Below, one piece after another: positions 20,605 through 31,612 of a stretch of DNA of 64,000 nt; the stretch's first letter is position 1; every line of letters begins with the position of its first letter. The stretch is from Candidatus Pelagibacterales bacterium (GTDB taxonomy: Bacteria > Pseudomonadota > Alphaproteobacteria > Pelagibacterales > Pelagibacteraceae), in assembly GCA_965235655.1 (NCBI GenBank), contig CBDDYU010000001.1:203791-267790 (forward strand). Reading direction: 5' to 3'. A program made the position numbers and the translations under genes. A model generated the notes under the pieces. It saw nothing but the letters and a program-made list of their open reading frames with translations. It ran no database searches and was not told the DNA's origin.

Positions 20605-22551
20605 GCAACATCTTTTTTAGAAGTATCTTCGTTTTGTTTTTCATGAAAGTTGCTTCTTTTTTTAAAAAACTTTTTTTTAAAAAATTTCTTTTTTTTATAA
20701 AACTTTTTATTCTTGTTATCTTCAGAGCTATTTTCTGTGCCTGAATCTACAGAAATATTTTCTTGAATGATTAATTCCTCAATATAATTAACTGTTTCTA
20801 TTTCTTTATTTTTATTATCTTTAAATGATATTTTATATTCGTAAGATAAAAGATCTTCATTTTTTTCAAATTTAATTTTAAATTTATACTTTTTTTCAAA
20901 ATAATTAATTTCTTCTTTTTGATAAGTTTCTAAGTAATCAATAATTTTTTTTGATAATTCTACTTTTACGATTTTAATTCTTGATAAAGTAAATATTTTT
21001 TCTTCTATAATTTTTAATATTTTTTGTGAAAAAGAATCAATGGATAAAATTGTTTTCCATTGAATAGAGCTTTCTCTTAGTCTTTGTCTTGTCATTTCAA
21101 GTAATCCAAAGTTACTTATTTTACCTACTTGAACTCTAGCTTTATCATGTCGTAAGAGCTTCTTTTAATTTTTTCTCTACAAGTCTTCTGTTGGAATAGT
21201 TTTCCATATCAATAAAATCGATAACAATTAATCCTGCCAAATCTCTTAGTTTTGCCTGCCTTGCTATTTCTTGGGCCGCTTCAACATTAGTTGCTAAAGC
21301 AGTTTTTTCGATATTTCTTTCTTTAGTAGATTTTCCAGAATTAATATCAATTGAAACTAATGCCTCTGTAGGGTTAATTATTAAATATCCACCCGATTTT
21401 AAATTTATTCTTGGTTCAAAAATTTCATTTAAATATTTTTCAATTCCTTTTGAATGGAATAGAGGAACTTTTCCTTTGTATTTTTTTATTTTTTTAACTT
21501 GTTCTTTAGCAATTATTTCTGCATATTTTTTAGCTTTTTCATAACCATCAGCGCCATCAATAATAACTTCTTTTACTTCGCTACTAAAAAAATCTCTAAT
21601 ACTTCGATAAATTACATCTCCCTCTTCATGAATTAGGCTAGGAGCATTTGAACTAAGTGTTTTTTGTTTAATCTCCTCCCAAATTTGAATTAATACATCT
21701 AAGTCGTTTTTAATTTCATTTTGAGTTTTTTTTGCACCTGCGGTTCTTACTATTAATCCCATAGTATCAGGAATATTAAGTTCATTAATTATCCCACGCA
21801 CATGTTTTCTATCTTGAGAGTTAAATATTTTTCTGGAAATCCCACCGCCCTTAGCAGTGTTAGGCATCAAGACAATATATTTTCCGGCTAAAGATAAAAA
21901 AGTTGTAAGCGCTGCTCCTTTTTTTCCTCTTTCTTCTTTAACAATTTGAATCAAAATAACTTGACCTGGTTTTATTACTTCTTGAATTCTATATCTTTTA
22001 AATTTTCTTCTTGATCGAATATCGTTTATTTTTTTTTCATATTCAGAATTTTCAGAGTTATTATCTGGTAGTTTCATATTCATTTTCATCCTCTGTTTTT
22101 TGAACATCATTCAACAACTTCCTCATGATGAGAATCTAATTCTTCATTAGTTGCTTCTACTTCTTTTTCATCCTCTTCATCACTTGGATTTTCAAAGTTT
22201 TCATGATTTTCAACTTGTGATATCAACATTTAGATCTTTAGTTTCTTCAACAAGTTGTTTTCTTATTTCTTCTTCTTCTTTTAGAATTGACTCTTTATCT
22301 GCAATAGGGATTTGATAATATTGAGTTTGTATGTCGTTAAAAGCCAAGAAGCCATGACGTTCGTTTCCAAAGTCTACAAAAGCAGCTTGTAATGATGGTT
22401 CTATTCTACTTATTTTACCTAAGTATATATTGCCCTTAAGTTGTTTTTTTTGTTCATTTTCATATTCATATGCTTCAACACCATTGTCAGATTTGATAGC
22501 GATACGAGTTTGCTTCTCTTGAGAAGCATCAATAAGAATCTCTTTTTCCAT
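20601..22551 (-). pseudogene. rne: ribonuclease E/G family endoribonuclease, about 3 frame breaks
   Basis: Fragment 22210..22551 is the S1 domain (QAAFVDFGNERHGFL). Fragment 21145..22110 is the catalytic core (GGGISRKI, SIDINSG). RVQVGKISNFGLLEMTRQRLRESS bridges 21144 to 21095 in a shifted frame. An acidic linker at 22111..22209 is in a third frame. Confidence 0.85.
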
Positions 22552-22704
22552 TTGTTTAATATCCAGTTAGTTATTTTTGATGTAATTTTCATAAAAAGTT
22601 TTAAAGCTTAATAAACAATACTATTTCAATAACATTCTTAATGAAAGTGTTAAAATGCAATTGGAGCAAAATATCAAAAAAAAGACAATTTTTTATGGAT
22701 AAAT

Positions 22705-25068
22705 ATGAATATGTTTAGAAGCCTAAAGTCTTTTGTAATCATTATATTTTCACTAAGTTTTTTATCCTTTTTTTCTGTATTATTAATTTTATGGTTTTTT
22801 GCATTAGACCTGCCAAATTACAGATTTTTAGAAAATTATAAGCCACCCGTATCTACAAAAGTTTATAGCGCAAGTGGTAATTTAATAGCTAATTTTTCTA
22901 CTGAAAATAGAACCTTTGTATCAATCGATAGTATTCCCAAGAATGTAATTAATGCCTTTTTGTCAGCTGAAGATAAAAATTTTTTTGCTCATCCTGGTAT
23001 TGATGCCAAAGGCATAACTAGAGCTGTATTTAAAAATATTAAAAACTTTATTTTAAACCAAAGGCTCGAAGGTGCGTCTACTATCACTCAGCAAGTGGCA
23101 AAAAATTTTTTATTAACTTCTGATATTTCATTTTCAAGAAAGATTAAAGAAGCAATTTTAGCTTTTCGAATTGAAAAACATTTAACAAAAAAAAGAATTT
23201 TAGAACTTTATTTAAATGAAATATATCTAGGAGAAAGATCTTATGGTGTAGCTGCTGCTAGTATGACCTATTTTGACAAGCCTCTCCAAGAATTATCGAT
23301 TGCTGAATCTGCATTATTGGCAACTTTGCCAAAAGCTCCCAGTACATACAATCCCTACCGAAACTTTTCCTCAACTTTAAAAAGAAAAAATTGGGTTTTG
23401 GAACGAATGTTAGAAAATAATTTTATAGATAAAGATCTATATAGTTTTGAAGTAAATAGAAAAATAGTTTTAAAAAAAAAATTAATTAATTTAAAAAAAG
23501 AAAACTCTTTTTATACAGAAGAGGTTAGAAGAAAATTATTTTCTCTTTATGGAAATGATGTTTTATACAAAAATGGGCTATATGTTAAAACTTCCCTCGA
23601 TGAACAATTGCAAAAAATAGCCTCTGACGCATTAAGAAAAGGGTTGGAGCAATACGATAGAAGGCATGGCTGGAGGGGTCCATTAATAAATATTGAAAAC
23701 AAAAATAATTGGAAAAAATATTTAGAAAAAATACAATTAGATAATTTTAATAACTGGGATTTAGCAATCGTAAATGAGGTTGATAAAAATTATGCATCAA
23801 TCACAACTCAAAGCGATGTTGTTGGAAAAATTTTTCTTAAGAATATAGCTTGGGCAAGGTCTTATATTTCAGCGGACTCGCTTGGTCCTAAGATAGATGA
23901 TGTAAATTTAGTTCTTAAAAAAAACGATATTATCTATGTTAATTATAACGATTCATCAAAATCCTGGGAATTAAAACAAATACCAAAAGTTAATGGATCC
24001 GTTATAGTTTTAAACCCTTGGAATGGAAATATTTATAGTAATGTTGGAGGATATAGTTTTGATTTAAGTAAATTTAATAGAACTAATCAGGCCAATAGAC
24101 AGCCTGGATCGGCGTTTAAACCATTTGTATATGCCCTGGCATTAGAAAATAAATTTAAACCAACTACAATTTTACTAGACGCTCCATTTGTTAGCAAAAA
24201 TCGAGGGGAAGAGACAAAGTGGAAGCCAAACAATTACGGAAATAAATTTTATGGATTAAATACTTTGCGTAATGGAGTAGAGCAATCTCGAAATTTAATG
24301 ACAGTTCGTCTTGCACAATTAATAGGGAATAAGAAAATTTTAGATTTTTCTGAAAATTTAAATATTTATAAAAAACCATCAAATATTCTATCATTTTCAC
24401 TAGGGTCAGATGAAACTACCTTATTAAAATTAACAGCAGCTTATTCGATATTTCCAAATGGTGGATTTATAGTCGATCCGACAATGATTGATTTTATACA
24501 AAATCAAGATGGAAAAACTATTTATAAAAAAAAATCATATGATTGTACAGATTGTAATAAAATCTCAAGTGAAACTATTCAGTTACCAAAAATTGATAGT
24601 AAAAATAAAAAAATAATTTCTGAAGAAACTGCTTTTCAAATTTCGTCAATTTTAGAGGGAGTTGTTGAAAGAGGTACTGGAAAAAAATTAAAAAATTTAA
24701 ATATTCGTCTTGCAGGCAAAACCGGAACAACAAATAATAATTTCGACGCCTGGTTTGTTGGATTTAATCCTAAATTAGCAATAGGTGTATATGTTGGATT
24801 TGATGAGCCGCAAACTTTAGGTAAATACGAAACAGGAGCCAGGGCTGCTTTACCCATATTTCAAGATATAGTTGAAAATTTACCAGATAAATATAATGCC
24901 TCTTTTTTTAAAATACCAGAAACTATCAATTTTTTTTATGCTGATATAAATACAGGATCGTTAAATTTGGATAAAAAAAATAATAATGTTTTAGAAAGTT
25001 TTAAATATGATTATATACCTAATAAATATATTTATAATAATAATATTAAAATCTCTACTATATATTAA
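22705..25068 (+). CDS. mrcA: penicillin-binding protein 1A (bifunctional transglycosylase/transpeptidase)
   Basis: 787-aa ORF with an N-terminal TM segment, glycosyltransferase motif EDKNFFAHPGID, and transpeptidase motifs SAFKP, SRN and KTGTT. Confidence 0.9.
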   Translation: MNMFRSLKSFVIIIFSLSFLSFFSVLLILWFFALDLPNYRFLENYKPPVSTKVYSASGNLIANFSTENRTFVSIDSIPKNVINAFLSAEDKNFFAHPGIDAKGITRAVFKNIKNFILNQRLEGASTITQQVAKNFLLTSDISFSRKIKEAILAFRIEKHLTKKRILELYLNEIYLGERSYGVAAASMTYFDKPLQELSIAESALLATLPKAPSTYNPYRNFSSTLKRKNWVLERMLENNFIDKDLYSFEVNRKIVLKKKLINLKKENSFYTEEVRRKLFSLYGNDVLYKNGLYVKTSLDEQLQKIASDALRKGLEQYDRRHGWRGPLINIENKNNWKKYLEKIQLDNFNNWDLAIVNEVDKNYASITTQSDVVGKIFLKNIAWARSYISADSLGPKIDDVNLVLKKNDIIYVNYNDSSKSWELKQIPKVNGSVIVLNPWNGNIYSNVGGYSFDLSKFNRTNQANRQPGSAFKPFVYALALENKFKPTTILLDAPFVSKNRGEETKWKPNNYGNKFYGLNTLRNGVEQSRNLMTVRLAQLIGNKKILDFSENLNIYKKPSNILSFSLGSDETTLLKLTAAYSIFPNGGFIVDPTMIDFIQNQDGKTIYKKKSYDCTDCNKISSETIQLPKIDSKNKKIISEETAFQISSILEGVVERGTGKKLKNLNIRLAGKTGTTNNNFDAWFVGFNPKLAIGVYVGFDEPQTLGKYETGARAALPIFQDIVENLPDKYNASFFKIPETINFFYADINTGSLNLDKKNNNVLESFKYDYIPNKYIYNNNIKISTIY

Positions 25069-26161
25069 ATGTTTGAACAAAAAAAAATTATAGAAAATTT
25101 AGAAAAATCAATTTCTAATATATGGAGTTATCTTTGACAAGATTCAGTCAAAGGAAAAATTACAAGAACTTGAAAAAAAAATAAACTTACCCGAATTTTG
25201 GAATGATAATAAAAATGCTCAAATCATTCTTAAGGAAAAAAATTTTCTAGAAAAAATAATAGAAGACACAAAATCATACAATACCGAACTGCAAGATATA
25301 AAAGAACTAATCACTCTTTCAGAGAAAGATTCTGATAGTAAGTTTATTTCTGAAATTGAAAGTAACTTAGTTTCATTAGAAAAAAAAATAAAACAAATAG
25401 AGTTATTTTGTTTCTTGTCTGGAAAAAATGATGAGCGTGATGTTTATTTAGAAATACATGCTGGCGCCGGTGGAACAGAAAGTCAGGATTGGGCAGAAAT
25501 GTTAAGAAGAATGTATATTAGATGGGCAGAAAAAAAATCTTATAATTATTCACTTATAAGCGAAACAAAGGGCGAGGAGGCTGGTTTTAAATCTTCAACC
25601 ATAAGAATAAATGGAAAATATTGTTATGGATTTTTGAAATACGAGTCTGGTGTACATAGACTGGTTCGTATTTCTCCATTTGACTCAAACAAAAGAAGAC
25701 ATACAAGTTTTTCCAGTGTTTGGGTCTACCCAGTCGTTGATGAAAATATTGATATAGAAATTAATGATAAAGATTTAAGGATTGATACTTATAGGTCTAG
25801 TGGAGCTGGTGGGCAGCATGTTAATACGACGGATAGCGCAGTTAGAATAACCCACATACCATCCAATATAGTGGTTCAATGTCAAAATGAAAGATCTCAA
25901 CATAAAAACAAAGAAACAGCTATGAATATGCTAAAAGCTAGATTGCACGAATTAGAAATTAAAAAAAAAGAAGAAGAGAATAAAACTATAGAGTCAAATA
26001 AAACTGATATTGGATGGGGTCATCAAATAAGATCATATGTACTTCAGCCATATCAATTGGTAAAAGATAATAGAACTGGATATGAAAGATCCGATCCAGA
26101 AAAAATACTTGATGGTGACATAGACTCATTCTTGGAAAGTGCGTTATATAAATTAAAATAA
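25069..26161 (+). CDS. prfB: peptide chain release factor 2, requires programmed +1 frameshift (25069..25134 joined to 25136..26161)
   Basis: ATG 25069 gives 22 codons ending TAT CTT TGA C. The +1 frame continues uninterrupted into ORF 25415..26161, which carries the SPF and GGQ motifs. Confidence 0.95.
25124..25138 (+). promoter_or_regulatory. prfB: RF2 autoregulatory +1 ribosomal frameshift site
   Basis: GGAG TTAT CTT TGA C: an internal Shine-Dalgarno-like GGAG lies 4 nt upstream of the slippery CTT, followed by an in-frame TGA and then C, as in the E. coli prfB site. Confidence 0.85.
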
Positions 26162-26162
26162 A

Positions 26163-28439
26163 ATGAATACATTTATTAAATTTTTTTCAGTTATTTTTGT
26201 AATATTTTTTTTATTATTTCTTGTATTAATAAATGGAATAAGCACTTCTTATTTTAATTCAACAATTCAAAAAAAAATTAGTGAAAAGTTTCCACTTTCT
26301 AAACTACAATTCGATACAATCACTGCATCACTAGAATTAAAAAATTTAGATATTAAACTAAAAATTAATAACCCTAATTTATCTTATAATAAAAAAATAA
26401 TTAATATTAAAAAAATCGAGGTTACGACAAGCTTGTTGTCAATTATTCAAAAAGAAAATAAGTTAAAAAAAGTATATTTAGATTTAAATCGAACACAAAT
26501 AAATGATTTTTTACCAATCATAGAAACATTTAAGATAGATAATTTATTAGATTATTTGAAAAAAGTTAAATCAGGTGAAGTAGAGGGAGTTTTTTCCATA
26601 AACTTAGATAACTTTGATGATATATCTGCCGGAGGTTTGATAAAAAATTTAGGTTTTGAAATTAATAATAAATTACCCTTATTCAGTTCAATTAACGCAA
26701 ATTTTAATTTTAAAAAATCTAAATTAGATATTAACATCAATAAAGGTACTTTTGACGAATTAAAGATTAAGGATAGTATTTTTGAAATAGATATCAAAGA
26801 TTCGCTAACAAAAATTTTTAAAACAAGAATTTTAGTAGATGGTCAAATTAATAATATTCTAAAACTAAATGAAAAAAATAATATTTATAAAATTCAACTG
26901 CCAAAAGGACTGGATAATTTAAACGGAAGAATAGAAGCAGACATACTTATAGATGGAGCTTTAAATAAAGATTTTTCTTTAAAAAACTACAACAGCAATA
27001 GTCAGATTAAATTACTAAATGGTAGCGCCGAATATACAATTTTAAATAAAGATTCAAAAAAAAATCATATTTTTAAACTATCAGATTTAGCTGTCAAAGC
27101 TGCTTTGATAGATAAAAAAATTACAATTGATGGTTCTGTATTATTTGAAAAAAACATTTTTAGCTTTGGTTTTAATCAAAATTTAGACTCAGATAAATTT
27201 GAGAGCAATATTCAAGGAAAAGTAGATACAAAGGTTTTGAATAATATAATTCAAAATAAATTTATTTCAGGACTAGTTGGTTTAAAAGTTAATTTTATAA
27301 AAAATAAAAATTTATTAATTGATGTAAATTTAAATTTAGATCAAGCGGAATTTAAAATTGATACGATCAATTATAAAAAAAATAAAGAAATAGCTTCTCA
27401 GTTAAAATTTAAAATTACACCAGAAACAAACTTTTATTTAATAACTGACTTTAATTATTCTGCCAATCAAGATTCAATTTATTTTGATGATCTAAATTTA
27501 AATAAAGATTTTTATGTTAATGATTTAAGAATACTAAAAATAAATACTAAAGATAACAATTTTTCAATCACCAAACAAAAAAAACAGTTTTTAATTAGTG
27601 GAGAAAAAATTAACTTAACAAACTATATTAAATCTTTAACTTCTAGAGATACGAAAAGATCACTTTATTCTAAAAATTTTAATTCTGAATTTAATGTGAA
27701 TTTTAAGCAAGTTATTATTGCTGATGACTTTCTAAAAGATGTAAAAATGTCTGCAAAGTTACAAGGAGGAAAAATAATAAATTTAAATGGCTTTGGTGCA
27801 TTCTCAAACACAGAAACAGCTCAGGTTCAAATCAAAAAAAATAATAATAATAATTTAGAAACAATTTTAACTTCTGACAAATCTAAGCCTTTTTTAATTG
27901 GTTTAAATTTTGCTAAAGATTTTTCGAATGGGAAATTAAATTTTGTAAGTGAAAAATTTAATGACGATAAATCTTATTCAAAGATAACTTTATCTAAATA
28001 TTATGTAAAAAAAATGCCAATATTAGCAAATTTACTATCCTTGACATCTTTCACTGGAATTATTGATACTCTCGAAGGTAAGGGTGTTTTTTTTGATAAA
28101 TCTTACCTCGAGTTTGAAGTTATTAATAAACAATTGGAAATTAAAGAAGCGTACGGCACTGGAGATTCGCTTGGTTATACTTTGGAAGGTGTCATAAATC
28201 CTGATGGCTTTGTAAGTTTAAGTGGAAATTTAGTGCCCGCATACATGCTTAACAATATTATTAGGCAAATTCCGTTAGTTGGAAAAGTTTTAACTGGCAA
28301 AAAGGGCGATGGAATTTTTGGAGCAAGTTTTAAAATTAAAGGTCAGCCAGATTCATTAAAAACTACTGTAAATCCAATCAGAACTTTAACACCTAGATTT
28401 ATCCAAAGATTTATTGATATTTTTAGAAGTCCTAATTAA
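26163..28439 (+). CDS. large membrane-anchored protein, AsmA/YhdP-like (function unknown)
   Basis: 758-aa intact ORF with a single N-terminal TM helix and a long Asn/Lys-rich body. The C-terminal segment GNLVPAYMLNNIIRQIPLVGKVLTGKKGDGIFGASFKIKG is reminiscent of AsmA-family C-termini. Confidence 0.45.
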   Translation: MNTFIKFFSVIFVIFFLLFLVLINGISTSYFNSTIQKKISEKFPLSKLQFDTITASLELKNLDIKLKINNPNLSYNKKIINIKKIEVTTSLLSIIQKENKLKKVYLDLNRTQINDFLPIIETFKIDNLLDYLKKVKSGEVEGVFSINLDNFDDISAGGLIKNLGFEINNKLPLFSSINANFNFKKSKLDININKGTFDELKIKDSIFEIDIKDSLTKIFKTRILVDGQINNILKLNEKNNIYKIQLPKGLDNLNGRIEADILIDGALNKDFSLKNYNSNSQIKLLNGSAEYTILNKDSKKNHIFKLSDLAVKAALIDKKITIDGSVLFEKNIFSFGFNQNLDSDKFESNIQGKVDTKVLNNIIQNKFISGLVGLKVNFIKNKNLLIDVNLNLDQAEFKIDTINYKKNKEIASQLKFKITPETNFYLITDFNYSANQDSIYFDDLNLNKDFYVNDLRILKINTKDNNFSITKQKKQFLISGEKINLTNYIKSLTSRDTKRSLYSKNFNSEFNVNFKQVIIADDFLKDVKMSAKLQGGKIINLNGFGAFSNTETAQVQIKKNNNNNLETILTSDKSKPFLIGLNFAKDFSNGKLNFVSEKFNDDKSYSKITLSKYYVKKMPILANLLSLTSFTGIIDTLEGKGVFFDKSYLEFEVINKQLEIKEAYGTGDSLGYTLEGVINPDGFVSLSGNLVPAYMLNNIIRQIPLVGKVLTGKKGDGIFGASFKIKGQPDSLKTTVNPIRTLTPRFIQRFIDIFRSPN

Positions 28440-29670
28440 TTTTTAAGACAAAATGTTTTTTTTTTCCAAATGAAATTTTAATTTCATTATTAATAATATC
28501 ATGTGAATTAATGATTTTATTTTCATTATTTTCTATGATGTTATTTATTCTATAAGCGTTATTGCTTAGATTTCTTTTAAAATCGCCTCCTGAAGAGGCA
28601 AAATTAATTTCCAATAAAATCTGTTTAAAATTCAATCCATCTTCAATTTCAGTTTTGCTTACTTTTTTAGTTGGAAGTTCACCGCCAGTTGATTTGTTCA
28701 CAAATGTCTGATGAGATGTTGCTTCTGCTTTTGTAGCAGCTGTTGCTCCATGTAGAAGCTTGGTGGCTTCATTAGCTAATTTAATTTTTGCCTTGTTTAT
28801 TTCATCTCCACTTAAATTTTTATAAGATTCAATTTCTTTCTCACTTAATTCGGTAAATAATTGCAAATATCTGATTACATCTCTATCATCAGTATTTCGC
28901 CAAAACTGCCAATAATCAAAACTACTTAATTTTTTTTCATCAAGCCATACCGCTCCCTTTTCTGTTTTGCCCATTTTAGTACCTTGAGATGTGGTAATGA
29001 GAGGAGTTGTTAAGCCTATAGCTTCTTCTTGAACCTCGCGCCTAACCAACTCAACACCATTAACTATATTTCCCCACTGATCGGAACCTCCAATTTGCAA
29101 ACAGCAATTATTTTTTTTGAATAAATGTAAATAATCATAAGCTTGAAGAATCATATAATTAAATTCTAAAAAACTTAGAGATTGCTCTCTATCTAATCTC
29201 AATTTAACACTGTCAAATGATAACATTTTATTAATAGTAAAATGTTTTCCGTAATCACGTAAAAAATTAATATAATTTAATTGCGAAAGCCATTTCTTAT
29301 TATTAACATAAACAACCTTATTCTTTCCTTTATGATCAAGAAATTTTGAAAATACTTTTTTAATAGATTTTATATTATTATTAATCTCTTTTTCGGATAA
29401 AATTTTTCTAGACTCTTCTTTGCCAGATGGATCGCCAACTAAAGTTGTACCACCACCAAGTAAAACAATAGGTGTGTGCCCATGTTTCTGAAATAGGCGT
29501 AAACACATTATTTGAATTAAGCTACCAACGTGCAAACTAGGCGCTGTGCAATCAAAGCCAATATAAAAAGCTATTTTTTTACTTGAAAGTAATTTTTCTA
29601 AGTATTTTTCATTTGTACATTGAAAAAAATAACCGCGGTTTTTAAATTCTGTTAAAATATTAGTATTCAT
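28432..29670 (-). CDS. tyrS: tyrosine--tRNA ligase
   Basis: 412-aa ORF with HIGH-type PSLHVGSL, KMSKS-type KMGKT and a C-terminal S4-like domain. Confidence 0.95.
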   Translation of the reverse strand: MNTNILTEFKNRGYFFQCTNEKYLEKLLSSKKIAFYIGFDCTAPSLHVGSLIQIMCLRLFQKHGHTPIVLLGGGTTLVGDPSGKEESRKILSEKEINNNIKSIKKVFSKFLDHKGKNKVVYVNNKKWLSQLNYINFLRDYGKHFTINKMLSFDSVKLRLDREQSLSFLEFNYMILQAYDYLHLFKKNNCCLQIGGSDQWGNIVNGVELVRREVQEEAIGLTTPLITTSQGTKMGKTEKGAVWLDEKKLSSFDYWQFWRNTDDRDVIRYLQLFTELSEKEIESYKNLSGDEINKAKIKLANEATKLLHGATAATKAEATSHQTFVNKSTGGELPTKKVSKTEIEDGLNFKQILLEINFASSGGDFKRNLSNNAYRINNIIENNENKIINSHDIINNEIKISFGKKKHFVLKIN

Positions 29671-29731
29671 TTTGAAATGCAGATAATAAATAAATTAATA
29701 TACATTATTAAACAATTGTAAAATATCAAAT

Positions 29732-30835
29732 ATGTCTATTAAATTTAATGCAATTGGCCTGATGAGCGGAACATCATTTGATGGAATTGACGTTTCTATT
29801 ATTAGTACAGATGGTGTAAATGTTTATAAAATATATCAAGAATTTTATTTTCCTTTTAATAAAAATTTTCAAATTAAATTAAAAAAATTTAAAGAAAAAA
29901 TAAATTTTTTGAATAATAAAAAAAACGTCAAGAGCAGCAAGGAATTTAAAGAATTAAGCCATGAATGTACAGCGTACCACATTAGCGCCGTTAAAAAAAT
30001 TTTATTAACTTTTAAAAAAAAAATTGATGTTATTGGATTTCATGGAATAACTGTTTTACACAAACCACAAAAAAAATTTACATTGCAACTAGGCGAACCT
30101 CAGTTAATTAAAAAAAAATTTAATTGCAAAGTCGTCTTCAATTTTAGAGATAATGATTTGCTTAATGGAGGCGAGGGCGCTCCTTTAACGCCAGTATATC
30201 ATCAGGCTCTATGCAAAAAATTTAAAAGTGATAAGCCATTTTTTTTTATTAACATTGGTGGTATTTCAAATTTAACCTATATATTTAATAAAAAAATTCA
30301 TGCCTTTGATATTGGTCCAGGTAATTGTCTTTTGGATTCTTGGATTGATTATTTTGATAGATATAGCAAAAATGATTTAAATGGCTCTATTTCAAAAAAA
30401 GGAAAAGTTAATATTTCAATGGTCAATTCCTTTATTGATAAATTGGATTATTTAAAAAAAAAGAAAATTTCTTTTGATACATCGGACTTTTCTTTGTCTG
30501 AATTTAGAGGTCTTGATTTATTTGATGGGGCTGCCACCCTAGCTTTTCTTACGGGAAAAATTATTGCCAATGCTATTAATGAATTAAATTATAAAAATAA
30601 AGTTGCCGATGTTTACATTGCTGGCGGTGGTAGAAAAAATTTATCTATTATTAAATCAATACAGGAGAATTGTGTACAAAAAATTAATTTAATTGATGCA
30701 AAAAATATTAATGGTGATTTTATAGAATCGCAGGCTTTTGCTTACCTGGCTACTAGGTGTGTTAAAAACTTACCTATTACTTTCCCTTCCACAACCGGTG
30801 TAAAGAAAAAAATATCGGGTGGTATTATTTATTAA
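29732..30835 (+). CDS. anmK: anhydro-N-acetylmuramic acid kinase
   Basis: 367-aa ORF with the N-terminal GLMSGTSFDGIDV motif. Confidence 0.9.
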   Translation: MSIKFNAIGLMSGTSFDGIDVSIISTDGVNVYKIYQEFYFPFNKNFQIKLKKFKEKINFLNNKKNVKSSKEFKELSHECTAYHISAVKKILLTFKKKIDVIGFHGITVLHKPQKKFTLQLGEPQLIKKKFNCKVVFNFRDNDLLNGGEGAPLTPVYHQALCKKFKSDKPFFFINIGGISNLTYIFNKKIHAFDIGPGNCLLDSWIDYFDRYSKNDLNGSISKKGKVNISMVNSFIDKLDYLKKKKISFDTSDFSLSEFRGLDLFDGAATLAFLTGKIIANAINELNYKNKVADVYIAGGGRKNLSIIKSIQENCVQKINLIDAKNINGDFIESQAFAYLATRCVKNLPITFPSTTGVKKKISGGIIY

Positions 30836-30837
30836 GA

Positions 30838-31494
30838 CTAAAATAATCGAGATTCTTTTTTAATATAATTATCTAGTATTTTGATAAACTCTTTATCTTT
30901 ATTCAAAAAAAAGTGATTTGCATTTTTTATTTCTTGAAAGTCCACTGTAATATTTTTTTGACTTGTAAGTTTATTTTTTAATCCTTTGATAGAATCTTCA
31001 GTAACTAATTGATCTTGATTTCCATGAATTACAAGACCTGAAGTAGGACAGGGTGCTAAAAAATTAAAATCAAAAATATTTGGTTGGGGAGAAATTGACA
31101 CAAATCTAAAAATTTCTGGTCTTCTCATTAATAACTGCATACATATCAAAGCACCAAATGAAAAACCAACTACCCAACTTTCATTAGAATTTGGATTGTT
31201 TCTTTGAATAAAATCTAATGCGGCTGCTGCGTCGGATAGCTCTCCTAGACCGTTATCAAATTTTCCCTCACTTTTCCCAACCCCTCTGAAGTTGAATCTG
31301 CAAACAGAAAATTCATTTTGTAAAAAAGTATGGTAAGCATTGTAAACTACCCTATTGTTCATAGTGCCACCATATTCAGGATGAGGATGAAGAATAAGCA
31401 CTACTGGAGCATTATCTTTTTTACTTTGAATATATTTAGCTTCAAGTTTTCCATCAGGACCGTTAATAAAAATTTCTGCGTTGTTGTGCTTCAT
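30838..31494 (-). CDS. alpha/beta-fold hydrolase
   Basis: 218-aa ORF with the nucleophile elbow GFSFG and a late His (NANHFF). Confidence 0.7.
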   Translation of the reverse strand: MKHNNAEIFINGPDGKLEAKYIQSKKDNAPVVLILHPHPEYGGTMNNRVVYNAYHTFLQNEFSVCRFNFRGVGKSEGKFDNGLGELSDAAAALDFIQRNNPNSNESWVVGFSFGALICMQLLMRRPEIFRFVSISPQPNIFDFNFLAPCPTSGLVIHGNQDQLVTEDSIKGLKNKLTSQKNITVDFQEIKNANHFFLNKDKEFIKILDNYIKKESRLF

Positions 31495-31612
31495 AAAGGT
31501 TAATTGAATTATTTTGAAAATGGCTTATATCATAACTAAATAATAATAAGGTAAAATAATTTACATTTTATTGTATTTTTAATTATTAAAGCCTTTAAAT
31601 AATGACATCATT

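Noticed and set aside
31495-31612. An iron-responsive operator (Irr/RirA/IscR-type box) upstream of sufB.
   Set aside because: The 118-nt AT-rich spacer contains no clear palindrome that I can match to a known box from memory. Any call would be guesswork.
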